The position numbers and the translations under genes were made by a program. The notes beneath the pieces are model-generated. The model saw nothing but the letters and a program-made list of their open reading frames with translations, was not told where the DNA came from and did not search any database. Source: a virus. Taken from it: a DNA stretch of 64,000 bases. The stretch is taken from the IMG/VR virus record IMGVR_UViG_3300042332_001215, positions 1 to 64,000 of that record; one strand, given 5' to 3'. How positions within the stretch are numbered: position 1 is the first letter of the stretch; every line of letters starts with the position of its first letter. Of the stretch, positions 27,238 through 38,800 are shown piece after piece.

Positions 27238-30200
27238 ATTCATATTCAGTAATGAGTTTATCAACATCTTTTCTTTCTGCAAATACAGTGAAGAAACAGT
27301 TGATAACATCATTAGAAGATTCGATAACAATACTATTATTTGAGATATCAATCACACTATGAATACCTGGATTTCTTCCGATTGGAGTAAGGTTTACTGT
27401 GATTGAGTCTTCAGCTACCAACTCAGTCCAGTATTCTGGAAGTTCAATAGTATTACTTTCAGACAGTCTTCCTCTGATATAGACTCCGTTTTCTGGACCT
27501 TCTAGAGATCCATAACGAAGTTTGAATCCTGGTTTTGTTGGGTGATCAATTACGAATGACTTGGTGGTTGCAGCAAATGAACCGTTGACTTGTAATTTAA
27601 ATGTTGGAGATGCAGTATCAATACCAACATTTCCAGTGGTAGCTTTAATTATAATTCCAGTAGCAGACATTGCCTGAAGTCTTAAGTCTCCAGAATCATT
27701 CCTGACAGTAGCTGTTCTAGTTCCACCATCTGCAGATCTGTTTTGGCTATTGAGGAAGAAATATGCATTCGCATCACCAGTATTTAAATGGAATGCAGAA
27801 TATGCAGAAACTCCAGTACTAGCGTTTTGAGTGAATGTATGTATTGCTCCATCAGCATTTGTATAATTTGTAAACCTCTGTCCTGGACTATTTGTGTTGA
27901 TGCCAACATTTCCAGTATTTGCAAATGTGTGAAGTATGTTTGGTGCGGATGCTGTGTCACCAAGAGCAGGCATTCTTGCGAAAATTAAGTTTCCTCCTCC
28001 ATTCACCATTGCCCATGGATTACTATTAGTGGAATCTAAAATACCAATGGCATTATTTCTACTTCCACCAACAATAATATTTGCACCATAGTTAAATGCT
28101 GACCATTGAGGGGCATTTGTTCTTACATCAAGTGTTGCTACTGGGCCTGCACTTCCAATTCCAATCCTTCCATCACTTGTGATAGTAAATCTAGGACCAA
28201 CACCAGCACCCCAGTTGCCATTCCAAAAATTGAAAGATCCGTTTCCTTCAGAACCAAAGTGGAAGTTGTTAGTTGCAGTTGCACTTCTACCTAACTGAAT
28301 AAATCCATATCCACTTGTTTGAGATTGTGCAATTGTTAACTGTGCAGTTGTCGTGGATGGATTATAAATCTGAGTAGGACTATAATCATCCATGAATGCC
28401 AACTGACCTAGATATTGGTTCAGTGGAATTTGGTTTGGATTGAAACCAACATCTCGTTGAGTTACTACATTATAAAAAGTTCCATCACCAGGATTCTCTG
28501 TAATATAACCATTAACTGCTAGCGGAGAAGGAGGAGTTGTTAATCCTCCAATTCCTACATGACCAGTTTGGTGATGAATAAAGAATGGACTTCTATTGAT
28601 ATTTGCTTGATATATAGAAAAATCTTCATTTCCATTACCATTGGCATCAATCAAAATCTGATGAGATGCACCATTGCCAAATGCAATTGAAGCTCGTTTT
28701 GAAGTTGCATGTGAAGTATTTTGGATTCTTAATGAATATGGGAATTGTGAAGTTTCTCCGCCAATATCTAATTTAACTAATGCATTTGTGGTGCCTATGC
28801 CAACATTTCCTCCAGATGGATTTAATAAAGTTTGTGCAGTGGTAAATCCAGATCCTCTTTTTGCCCATAAAATATAATTTTCAGTAGAAAATGCATCATT
28901 AATAAATGATATTCTGAAATCATTTGATGTATCATGATAAATTCTAGATTTTTTCTGGTCTGTTCCAGCACCCATGTTTTCCAGAACAATATTAGATTCT
29001 CCAGCTGCAGCTATATGCAATTGTCTGTTTGCATTTGTGGTGCCGATGCCAACATTTCCAGTTGAATTAATTACAAATCTATAAAGAGCTGTTGCATTAT
29101 CATAAATGTAGAATGAATTCGCTGGAGATGATGCAGAACCTCTTGCACCTACTTCCCAATCATTACCATTTGTGAGTAATCTTAAAGTTGCTCTGCCAGT
29201 ATTTACTTGACTTTCTAAAGCAAGTGTATCACCATCTTGAACAACATGTAATTTATATTGAGGATTTGTGGTGCCTATTCCCAGGTTCCCATTGTTATCA
29301 ATTCTTAATTTTTCTCCATTAACATCAAATACAATTTTAGAACTTGCATTAATATATAAACCTGCAGGAATAGAACCAGCACCGATAGTTCCTTCAGCTT
29401 TTGCAGAAATGCTAGCAAATGAATTTTGAATAGTATTATTAGAATCTACTCCTCTCCATAATAAAGTGCCTAATGTATCTCCATTCTGAACAGATAGGTT
29501 ATTTCTACTTTTTTCTAAAATAAAATATCCAGAATTTACATCATTTGAATCATTTCTTGAAATAATTTGAGATTCAAATGATGTGCCACTAGACATTCTC
29601 AATGAACCAAATCCATCAAATGCAAAAGCTGGATTTATATTATTTCCAACTGCAACTCTACCTTGGCGATTAACAAAAAGACCTACAAGTAATTGATTGG
29701 AGGAATTTAATGTAGGAATAGTTGGTGCAGTTCCTATTGAAAAATCCCCCATATTTGAGATAGTTGTAATATCAAATCTAATGTCATTGATAGTGTTTAT
29801 TGGAACTTGTGCAGCATAAGTATAGTTTACAAACAAATAATAACTATCATTATCAATTGTTTGATGGTGGAAAGTTATTTCTCCAGGTAATGCACCTAAA
29901 ACAGTATTAAGAATTGGAATTGAAGCGGTTCCCCAATCTCTATGTAAAGTTACCTCAAATCCTTCTTCAGCGTTATTTCCTCCAGCATAGATGAGTAATT
30001 TAGCAGTTCCATTAAAAAATCTACCAACATAAAGTGGTTTTGCAGTATCTGCGACACCACCTGCAGTTGCTTTTGCTGGAACTGCAATATATCTGTAAAA
30101 TCTTGATACTGAACCAGCACCACCAACTTTTAGATAAGTTACACTTTCATTATGTACACTATTAATATGCAATTTTGCAGTTGCATTAGTATTACCAATA

Positions 30201-33200
30201 CCTACATTTCCAGCAGCTGTAATACGAACTGCTTGAACATTACCATTACTTGTTCTAAAATTGATATAATTTGTTGAAACTATTGTGGCGTTTGCAGCTC
30301 TAAAAGCTACTTCATTTTCTGGAGTAATTGTGAAAGAAAATAGTCTTGCATCTGCACCACTATAAGTTACTCCGTCTAATGGAGTAGTTCTTGAAAATGT
30401 CAGCAAACTATGCACATCCATGTTTGCTGGAGACCCACCATAAGTTACAGTAAAGTTTGTTTGTCCGTTGGTAGCTATTGCAAGTCTATTACTTGTACCA
30501 AGATCTGCCCAGTTGTTTGAAATTTTAAATATATCATTATCAGAATTATCAATACCAGCAGACCAACCAATTACACCTCCAATATCAAAAGAAATAAATG
30601 GATCTCCTGAGTTAGCTCCATTTGTTCTAACTGCTACTGTAGAATGTGCAGTTGTAGAATTAGAATTTCCATTAAGTAGATATATTGATGGAGTATTAGT
30701 ATCTCCAGGACTTGTAAAAGCAGTATTACTGTTTTCAATATGTATCCTGGCTGATGGATTTGTAATTCCAATGCCAATATTTCCAGAAGAAAGAATTGTG
30801 AATCTATCTACAAAAGTTGTAGTTCCGCCATGATTAAATGTATAGTGCAATGCAGAAGTGTTTGTACCACCAGTCTGAACAAATTTCATGTCCAACATAG
30901 CGTTGGTAGTTGGAGTACCTGGATTTACTCTAAATCCAAGAATACTCATAGCATTTGTAGTGGCGCTTTCATTTATAAGAGAAATCGTCCTATTAACATC
31001 GCCAACATCTGTATTCGTTGCAAATGCAGTGTTAGATGTAAACCCTACTGTAAGGCCATTTACAGATCTAGGAGCAGCTCCACCAATTCTTGCGTTTCCA
31101 ATTACATCAAATTTTGTAGTTGGATTGGTGGTGCCTATACCGACATTTCCATTGGCAAGAATACTAAGTCTTTCTGTACTACCTGTAGCAAATGACATTC
31201 TTCCAGTAGTGGAAGTTCCCCAAATTCCATAGTTATCATTTCCATGGAATATGTCTATATAAGTTGCTACTCCGCCACCTTGCACTCTTATATCGGCATT
31301 TCCAACAGGTCTGTATATGTGAAGTTCTTGCTGCGGATTTGTTATGCCAATACCAATAAATCCGTCAGAGTTGATAATCAAGTCGTTTGTTCCGCCACCA
31401 CTTCTTCTAAGAGCAAATGGAGCATAATCATCCATGAATGCAAGTTGACCAAGATACTGGTTCAGTGGTACTTGGTTTGGATTAAACCCAATATCTCTTT
31501 GAGTTACTACATTATAATATATTCCATCTCCAGGATTCTCTGTGATGTATCCATTAACTGCAAGAGTTGATCCTGGATTTGTGGTACCTATGCCGACATT
31601 TCCAGCTGCATCAATTCTTACTCTTTCTTGGTTAGTTCCTGTAGAGTCTGCAAGAACAAATCTCATTGTTGCACCAGTTGCATAATAAGATGTTATGGAA
31701 TATGCCCCAGTATCGGATACAGAAAGAGTTCCAACCGTAGCAATATTTGCGGAAAGTAAGGAAATATTGCCAACGACTTCTAATTTATTTGATGGATTTG
31801 TTCTACCAATACCAACATTTCCACTTATATACGCACCACCACTAACTTGAAGAGATTGAGATGCAGTACCCGTTGCAGAACCTGTGTCAATCAATACTGC
31901 AGCATTTGCACCTGGATCCAAATATATATGACCAGATCCATCAGAAATTTGGTTTGTTATGGTAAACATATTTGAATCTGCATTACCAAAACCAGTCCAA
32001 GCTTTTCTTCCCGCAGCAGATCCATCTGGGAACCATTGAATATAACTATGAGTTCCTCCAACTAAATTCAATGTAGCTCCATCAGCTGTAAATTGACCTA
32101 TGCCAACTACATCAAAAGTATTTAATGGATTTGTTGTGCCAATTCCAACATTTCCACCAGCAGGATTTAATACTAAAGACCTGTATGCAATTCCATTTTC
32201 AGTTGATTGAAGTTGCCATGCAGTATTAGTTAAATTACTAAATGCCAACTCCATAGAGTTTGCATCTGAAGATCTCAGACTCAAATAAGTATTGGATCCA
32301 GACTTACCTCCAGTCATTACAAAAGCTTGACCTGAGACATGAAGTTTTGCAGATGGATTTGTTAAACCAATGCCGACATTACCACTTGGAGTCCAAATGA
32401 GTGCGTCTGTATTTACTGTATCGGAAGATGTTCGACTTCCAATAGCACCGATATCTGAAGAAGAATCTCCTCGCAAATAAACAAATCTAGAACCAAATGA
32501 ACTAAATGCTCTAATAGATCCTGTTGATTGAATGTTCCCACTAACTTCAAATCTCTGACCTGGATTTGTGATGCCGATGCCAACATTTCCATCAGAAATT
32601 CTCATCCATTCGGTATCAGTAGATTCACCAAATCTAATAGTGTTTTCGGATGTTACTGAACTTGTATTGAAGAAACTAATCCAACTTCTCTTAAAACCAT
32701 CCTCATCTACATTATATTGTATTCTAGTTTCTGATGTAACCCAATTTGATCCATTAGATGTTCTTCTAGATAAAATATCTAAGTTTGATTTATTACCAGT
32801 TAAACTCGTAAATCTTGCAACGGTATCAACATCTCCAGATGTCAAACCTAAACTAGATCCAAAAACATGCAATTTTCTTTCTGGAATTGTGGTGCCAATT
32901 CCCACCGAGTTATGAACTACTATATTTCCATTTCCTTCAATGGATAGTCTTTCCGTTCCGTTAGTTCCAAAAGATATAGGTCTATTACCTTCCGCATCAA
33001 TATATGCCCCAGCGAACACACCTGCTCTTCCGCTCCTAGAGACATTTTGAGCTACACCAAAAGAGAGATTTGTTGAGAATGCAGCATTTCCTTTAATTTC
33101 TAACCCTGTGTATGCGCCACCTAGTGCTGTTCCAAAATCAACAGTAATTTTGCCAGTTGTTTTTAAGTCTCCAGATACATCTAATTTTGTCGCTGGATTT

Positions 33201-35332
33201 GTGGTGCCTATACCGACATTACCACCTGGTAAAATATTAACTCTATCATCAACCCCACTTTCTCTAATGACAAAACCATTATCATTGTTAAAGTTTGATG
33301 TAAGACTCCATTTATCTGTTCCATTTTGTGTCAACCAGAGTGCTGGATATTCAGTTAATGCATCAATTCTTATTCCACCGTATTCTGGTGTTTGCACTTC
33401 TAGTTTAGATGTTGGTTGTGGATTTGCGGTGCCTATGCCAACTATTCCATTTGCAATAATTTTTGTCCCTGTTGAACTTCCTTCTAAGTAAAATGCTCCA
33501 GAAGATGAAGTATCAGTAAATACTCCATTTGATAATACTCTAAATGCAGTTCTAGAGTTTAGAAAATCTGTGCCAATTCTTTGTGATGAAACTCCGCCAA
33601 TGAAAACTGCATCTATACTTTGATTTAAATTTGTGGTTGCTGAAAACACCATTCCAGAACCAGCAATCGCAGAAGAATTATTGTTCCACATGTTAAGTGG
33701 AGAATTCACTTCTGTAGATGTTGTCTCGATTACAAATCTGCTGGATGATCCTACAACTGCATGAACTTTAGATACTGGGGTTGTTGTTCCGATGCCAAAA
33801 TTGCCAATATTATTAAACCATACATTACCAGTTGATGTATCTTCAATATAAAATTTATCTAGAGAATTTAAATGATCTCGGATTTTAAATCCATCTGCTT
33901 CACCAGTAAATCTCCATGCCCAGGTTCCATCAGATTTACGAATATCAAATCCTGCACCACCAACTCCACTATTTTGAATAAAAATTCTTGGATCACTTGC
34001 AGTAGTAAGGTAAATATCTCCACCTTGTACATCTAATTTTCCTGTTGGATTTGTGGTGCCAATACCAATACTATTTGTAGTAGTAATTTTACCAGTAGTA
34101 TTAAACTCTGCAGTTACACCAGTTCTTGTAGTAGTTGTATGGAGATACTGTAGATGATCATCATCGGTAAGACCAGTGAGTAATCCATGGTCGGATACTG
34201 CAACACCACCAATACCAACAGAACTTAATTGACGAATATCATAAACGCCTGCAATTCTAGCCTTTGGAGCATTTGCATAGGTAGCATTAGTCTGCCAAAT
34301 AATCTTCCAAAGTGGTCTAAATTCTACAACTGGAAAATTAGTTAATGTTAAATCTGAGAATGAAATAGATTCTTGATCACTAATTTTATTGGATTCACTC
34401 TGTCCCATAATTGCAAGGACAGGATAATTAATATTATTAGTTGCAATAATCCAAGAAGTCGTATAATGAGTATTTGTTGGAACATCAACAGTAGACCAAG
34501 TTCCTGTATTTAATAGGTTATATTGAATTCTTGCAGTTCCTTGTTTCAATGCGTAATCAGTTGGATTATCACGAACCCATCCAGTACCACTGAGATAAAA
34601 CACTGGAATTCTTGCTGGACCTTGTAGATCTTGTTGCCAAGTATTTGCAGTTGGAGTGTTGCTGTGAACAATATCTACTTCTAAATCCTCATCAAAGAAT
34701 GTACCACCCCCAAGATCAAATTGAGAATCTGCGTTGGTAGATCCAGTTCCAGTAGTTGTAAAGTTGCCAAGAGAGAAACCATTGGCAATTACTGCACCAC
34801 GGGTTCTATGAAGATACTCATGAGTTGCCCAGTCTAGAGTAATCCCGTGTCTTTCATCTGCAACAAATGGAGCAGTGCCTGCAGTTGCATTCCAATACAC
34901 ATATGCAGTAGGTGCCTCGTTTTCCCAGTCAAAGTAGGTTGTTCTACTAGAAAGAACTCCACTTGCATTGAAGAAAATATAGTAAAGTCCAGTGGTATTT
35001 GGAATAGTTAAAGTTTGGGCAGTAGTAAAATTATATTTTATTCCCTTAACCCACACATTGAAACTTGTTGATGCGGGTTGAATTGTAAAGACTCTAGTTG
35101 ATGCGTTAAAAGATATAGTACTTTGAGACTTGTCTTCATGTCCCATAGGCTCACTAGTAGCCTGTAGGTGGGCAGTTACATCAATAATTCTATCCGATGC
35201 ACTTCCATCACCTTTTCTAAGGAACAGTTTACCATCAGCAGTGTTTACTGCTAGTTCTCTTAAAGATAAGTCTGAAAGTGTAGGAGTTTTTCCAGCAACT
35301 GAACTGGACTTTAACTTGATGTTTGTTGCCAT
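27233..35332 (-). CDS. Long modular tail fibre (2699 aa)
   Basis: N-terminal IKLKSSSVAGK.P...ELAVNTADGKLF anchor, ~20 GNVGIGTxNP-type repeats, C-terminal KSFVIDHPTK..LEGPE..VY.RG module. Confidence 0.85.
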   Translation of the reverse strand: MATNIKLKSSSVAGKTPTLSDLSLRELAVNTADGKLFLRKGDGSASDRIIDVTAHLQATSEPMGHEDKSQSTISFNASTRVFTIQPASTSFNVWVKGIKYNFTTAQTLTIPNTTGLYYIFFNASGVLSSRTTYFDWENEAPTAYVYWNATAGTAPFVADERHGITLDWATHEYLHRTRGAVIANGFSLGNFTTTGTGSTNADSQFDLGGGTFFDEDLEVDIVHSNTPTANTWQQDLQGPARIPVFYLSGTGWVRDNPTDYALKQGTARIQYNLLNTGTWSTVDVPTNTHYTTSWIIATNNINYPVLAIMGQSESNKISDQESISFSDLTLTNFPVVEFRPLWKIIWQTNATYANAPKARIAGVYDIRQLSSVGIGGVAVSDHGLLTGLTDDDHLQYLHTTTTRTGVTAEFNTTGKITTTNSIGIGTTNPTGKLDVQGGDIYLTTASDPRIFIQNSGVGGAGFDIRKSDGTWAWRFTGEADGFKIRDHLNSLDKFYIEDTSTGNVWFNNIGNFGIGTTTPVSKVHAVVGSSSRFVIETTSTEVNSPLNMWNNNSSAIAGSGMVFSATTNLNQSIDAVFIGGVSSQRIGTDFLNSRTAFRVLSNGVFTDTSSSGAFYLEGSSTGTKIIANGIVGIGTANPQPTSKLEVQTPEYGGIRIDALTEYPALWLTQNGTDKWSLTSNFNNDNGFVIRESGVDDRVNILPGGNVGIGTTNPATKLDVSGDLKTTGKITVDFGTALGGAYTGLEIKGNAAFSTNLSFGVAQNVSRSGRAGVFAGAYIDAEGNRPISFGTNGTERLSIEGNGNIVVHNSVGIGTTIPERKLHVFGSSLGLTSGDVDTVARFTSLTGNKSNLDILSRRTSNGSNWVTSETRIQYNVDEDGFKRSWISFFNTSSVTSENTIRFGESTDTEWMRISDGNVGIGITNPGQRFEVSGNIQSTGSIRAFSSFGSRFVYLRGDSSSDIGAIGSRTSSDTVNTDALIWTPSGNVGIGLTNPSAKLHVSGQAFVMTGGKSGSNTYLSLRSSDANSMELAFSNLTNTAWQLQSTENGIAYRSLVLNPAGGNVGIGTTNPLNTFDVVGIGQFTADGATLNLVGGTHSYIQWFPDGSAAGRKAWTGFGNADSNMFTITNQISDGSGHIYLDPGANAAVLIDTGSATGTASQSLQVSGGAYISGNVGIGRTNPSNKLEVVGNISLLSANIATVGTLSVSDTGAYSITSYYATGATMRFVLADSTGTNQERVRIDAAGNVGIGTTNPGSTLAVNGYITENPGDGIYYNVVTQRDIGFNPNQVPLNQYLGQLAFMDDYAPFALRRSGGGTNDLIINSDGFIGIGITNPQQELHIYRPVGNADIRVQGGGVATYIDIFHGNDNYGIWGTSTTGRMSFATGSTERLSILANGNVGIGTTNPTTKFDVIGNARIGGAAPRSVNGLTVGFTSNTAFATNTDVGDVNRTISLINESATTNAMSILGFRVNPGTPTTNAMLDMKFVQTGGTNTSALHYTFNHGGTTTFVDRFTILSSGNIGIGITNPSARIHIENSNTAFTSPGDTNTPSIYLLNGNSNSTTAHSTVAVRTNGANSGDPFISFDIGGVIGWSAGIDNSDNDIFKISNNWADLGTSNRLAIATNGQTNFTVTYGGSPANMDVHSLLTFSRTTPLDGVTYSGADARLFSFTITPENEVAFRAANATIVSTNYINFRTSNGNVQAVRITAAGNVGIGNTNATAKLHINSVHNESVTYLKVGGAGSVSRFYRYIAVPAKATAGGVADTAKPLYVGRFFNGTAKLLIYAGGNNAEEGFEVTLHRDWGTASIPILNTVLGALPGEITFHHQTIDNDSYYLFVNYTYAAQVPINTINDIRFDITTISNMGDFSIGTAPTIPTLNSSNQLLVGLFVNRQGRVAVGNNINPAFAFDGFGSLRMSSGTSFESQIISRNDSNDVNSGYFILEKSRNNLSVQNGDTLGTLLWRGVDSNNTIQNSFASISAKAEGTIGAGSIPAGLYINASSKIVFDVNGEKLRIDNNGNLGIGTTNPQYKLHVVQDGDTLALESQVNTGRATLRLLTNGNDWEVGARGSASSPANSFYIYDNATALYRFVINSTGNVGIGTTNANRQLHIAAAGESNIVLENMGAGTDQKKSRIYHDTSNDFRISFINDAFSTENYILWAKRGSGFTTAQTLLNPSGGNVGIGTTNALVKLDIGGETSQFPYSLRIQNTSHATSKRASIAFGNGASHQILIDANGNGNEDFSIYQANINRSPFFIHHQTGHVGIGGLTTPPSPLAVNGYITENPGDGTFYNVVTQRDVGFNPNQIPLNQYLGQLAFMDDYSPTQIYNPSTTTAQLTIAQSQTSGYGFIQLGRSATATNNFHFGSEGNGSFNFWNGNWGAGVGPRFTITSDGRIGIGSAGPVATLDVRTNAPQWSAFNYGANIIVGGSRNNAIGILDSTNSNPWAMVNGGGNLIFARMPALGDTASAPNILHTFANTGNVGINTNSPGQRFTNYTNADGAIHTFTQNASTGVSAYSAFHLNTGDANAYFFLNSQNRSADGGTRTATVRNDSGDLRLQAMSATGIIIKATTGNVGIDTASPTFKLQVNGSFAATTKSFVIDHPTKPGFKLRYGSLEGPENGVYIRGRLSESNTIELPEYWTELVAEDSITVNLTPIGRNPGIHSVIDISNNSIVIESSNDVINCFFTVFAERKDVDKLITEYES
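28382..28522 (-). repeat. Internal ~140-bp repeat, copy B (LAVNGYITENPGDG..NQxPLNQYLGQLAFMDDY)
   Basis: About 85% nt identity to 31424-31564 by manual alignment. Confidence 0.9.
31424..31564 (-). repeat. Internal ~140-bp repeat, copy A
   Basis: See copy B. Confidence 0.9.
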
Positions 35333-35364
35333 ATGGCTAGAGTCTCCAATGGTATATACCTATT

Positions 35365-35389
35365 AAAAAAGAGGGATAGATATCCCTCT
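35365..35389 (-). terminator. Rho-independent terminator
   Basis: AGAGGGAT-ATCT-ATCCCTCT followed by a T-tract. Confidence 0.75.
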
Positions 35390-35399
35390 AGTTATTTAT

Positions 35400-35876
35400 T
35401 TAATTTGATGATGGAGGTGCAGCAGACATCATATTTTGCATCATTTGTTCTGCATCAATATTATACTGCATTGTTGGAAGTTGTAATTGTTCAAATGGAT
35501 TTTTGGGATCATTCATTAAATCTTGAGTTTCATCTTTAACATCATCTTTAATTACATTTACCAATGTATCTTTTGCATTAAAAGGATCTGAAACATTCTG
35601 AGAAGGATCAAAAATAACTTCAGATTTATCAGAAATATGATGATGAATATAAACTCTATTGCCATACTCACATGGAGTAAATGAAATGGAATAATATCCA
35701 AATCGTGTATCAAAATAAGGAACTGGACTTCCTGATTCAATTGTTTTTCTAATCATTTCTTTGAACTCAGGTAGAATATCTGGAGATTCTAACTGAGCTT
35801 TACAAATTTGTTCATTTTCTGTGTTGAGGAACAGATTAATCTGTTCCTCCATTTCTTCAGTCAAAAAGAATGACAT
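35400..35876 (-). CDS. Hypothetical protein
   Basis: ORF with GGAGA RBS. Confidence 0.7.
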   Translation of the reverse strand: MSFFLTEEMEEQINLFLNTENEQICKAQLESPDILPEFKEMIRKTIESGSPVPYFDTRFGYYSISFTPCEYGNRVYIHHHISDKSEVIFDPSQNVSDPFNAKDTLVNVIKDDVKDETQDLMNDPKNPFEQLQLPTMQYNIDAEQMMQNMMSAAPPSSN

Positions 35877-35890
35877 AAGGTTTCTCCAAA

Positions 35891-38800
35891 TTAAATATAA
35901 ATTGTGTTAACTCCAAGGTTTGAGAAATTGGAATTGGAAATAACAGATTCTTCGTTATGAATCTTTCTGTTGTATTTAGTAACCACCAAGTTCATTGGAG
36001 ACCACTCAAAGTTACATAGATCACCCATTCTTAGTTTGATAATTCTGTAACCGAACCAGTTTCTTGCAATTGGCTTGGAAATTCCTTCAGTAGACAGTTG
36101 AGTGGTATTGTTGTAACCTCTTCTATCAATTCTGAATGCGAAGTTATAGTGTCTATTGAATGGAATTCCTCCAGATTGAGTTCCTTGTGCAGACCATCCG
36201 TTATTTCCAACAATATTTTGCTGGTTTGGAGGTAGAACATAAGGAGTTGTAGCACTTCCACCACTTGTACTTGAGAGGAATACTTTGCCACCATTTCTAA
36301 TTCCTGATGCAGTTGTAGCATCAAGTTGCATTTCATCCGAATCTACAGTTGAAAGTAGAATTGAAGCTGCAGGGTGGAATACTCTGAATTCAGCAGTAGT
36401 CCAGTTTGTTGGTAGTTCAGTATTGACTTCCATCAATTCAATATATAGAGCTTCATCATACTTTCTACCATATGGAGCACCCCAGAACCAATCCGCAAAG
36501 TGTCCAATAAATCTGTTTTGATCATCATAAATTGCACATGATACATCCATATATTGCCATACATCAAACCAGTTAGGAACTCTGATATACTTTCTTCCAA
36601 TTGCAGTTTGTGATGTAGTATCTCCAAATCCAACTGGTGAGTTGGAACCAAACTGTGATTGTGATAGAATCATTCTAGTGATCGCTGTATCTGGAGTTCC
36701 AGAAGCCAATTGATCTTTATGTCTGTATGCAGTATTGGTTGTCAGTAAATTATCAACTAAACATGGTCTGTAATGTTGTACATACTTAACACGAACTTGT
36801 TCGGATGTGATGGTATTATTACCCTTACCCCAGTTTGGCCAACCACTATTGTAGATCTCAAAATCTTGTAGATCACAGCCTAGAATAATTCTAGTTGCAG
36901 TTTCTCTGTCTCCACCTGTTGGCCACCATTCGTTTGCAGTTGATGCTGGTGATGGATATCTATAGTTTTGAATGTCATATGCACCAACTCCACTTCTCCA
37001 GAATCCAGGACCACCCCACCATTCTCTTCTGTTACGAAGAATACTTGTATTGAAGAATGCATATACTGAATCAGAGTCTCTTGAGATATGCTTGACTGGG
37101 TTATAGAACATCCAACCATCTCTCTCAAGATGTGGAACATTCCACCATCTGTTATATGTAATATCATAACCAACTGCATGATATTCTGCAAGAATTGGTT
37201 GTAGATTAGATACTTGTCTTGCCCAATCCCACTGCCAGAGTGACCAAGATGGTCTGACTGGAGAAGAAACTGCCCAAATTGAGTTGTTTCTTTGTGAGTT
37301 CCATGATAGTTCTAGTGAACCATTTGATGCAGAACCAACAGTCTTAGAACCGTCTAGTTTGGAACCAAAGTTTCCAGTCCAACCAAGTCTTCCATAAGGA
37401 CCATAACCCTTAGCAATACCGAAGTAATTTCCAAACCAAGTATTATTGATGGAGAAATCTCTGAAGGATAGCTTACCACCATTTCTGGAGTATAGGAATG
37501 TATTTAGTGTAGGACCACCAAACTTGACTCTATCTGATAGGTGTGAAACGATAACATCGGAAACACTGAAGAAGTCTTGCTTGGTTGGGTGTGCAGTATA
37601 TAGAATATTATTTGGAGTATCTAATGTAATAGTCACATATCCATCAGAGTCAGCAGATGAAACTGATACGATTGAAGACTTAACTTGCTTGAGATCTGGA
37701 TTTCCAGATATAGAAATTGGTGATCTTCTACCCAAATCATTTCTAAGTGCAGTAGGTTCAATTTGACCACTTCCACTTAAATTATTCTCATTAAATCTTC
37801 CTAATTGTAGTGTACTACCGTCAATAGATCTAATAATTGTCTTAACTTCAAGCATCATGTAGTCAGGAACATTAGATGGAATTATATCTGCAGCTCCAGT
37901 TCCAGCATCCCATGTTGCAGTTGATGTTGGCCAATTATCAAGAGAACTTCTCAGATAGAATTGATTTGGATTTGTTGGGACTACCCAAGCATAGTAAATT
38001 TTTCCATCATTCGCATCTGTAACACCTGTCTTCTGCTGCAATCTTCTGTAAGTAACTGCTTCCTTATCAGTTAATCCATGACCATTAATAGTGAATCTCT
38101 TAGAAGTTGAATTATATACTGCAGTGTCAGTTGCATCTAGAACCAATGAAGCAGTAGAAATTGAATTTCTAACTAATCTTTGATTAGTAAATGTTGCATT
38201 GGTAACAGTTACACGATTTGCAGTAGTTCTATCATATGCAGAGGTTTGGTTGGTATAAAGTTCAAATTCTCCAGTGCTTAGAGATCTTACAAAATATGCA
38301 GTTTTATGAGTTAGTCCCGTAACTTGTTGTAAATTATTGGATGCATCTCTACCTGCTACATAGAAAATCTCATCTCCAGTTTGTAGTCCATGACCAGCAA
38401 TTGCTATACTAGTTGCATTTGATAATCCACTTGGAATAGTTAGTAAAGTATAGTTAGAAAGTGCATCCCCAACAGATAGGCCAGATGTATCACTAATATA
38501 AATGAATGGCTCTCCTGCTCTTGCAATATAATTTTGAGTAGGTAAGTTGGATGATCCAGATTCATATGAGTATGAAAGAATATCACCCTTCTTAATTCTT
38601 GAAGATCTATTTGGAAGCTTAATTTCATACTTACCATCACCTAATTTAATGTTATTAGTTCTATATGCACTGTAGTTTTGTCTTGGGAATGACCAACCAC
38701 CATTATTAATGTTTAGGAAACCAAAGTGCCTTGCAGTATTATCTGCACTTGCAGTCAATTCAAATGGAAGCTCTTCTGCAAGATAAAGTTTGATCTTGCT

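Noticed and set aside
16960-35332. Diversity-generating retroelement acting on fibre genes (140-bp repeat pair)
   Set aside because: No reverse transcriptase in the window; both copies are in-frame coding and the differences are mostly synonymous rather than adenine-specific
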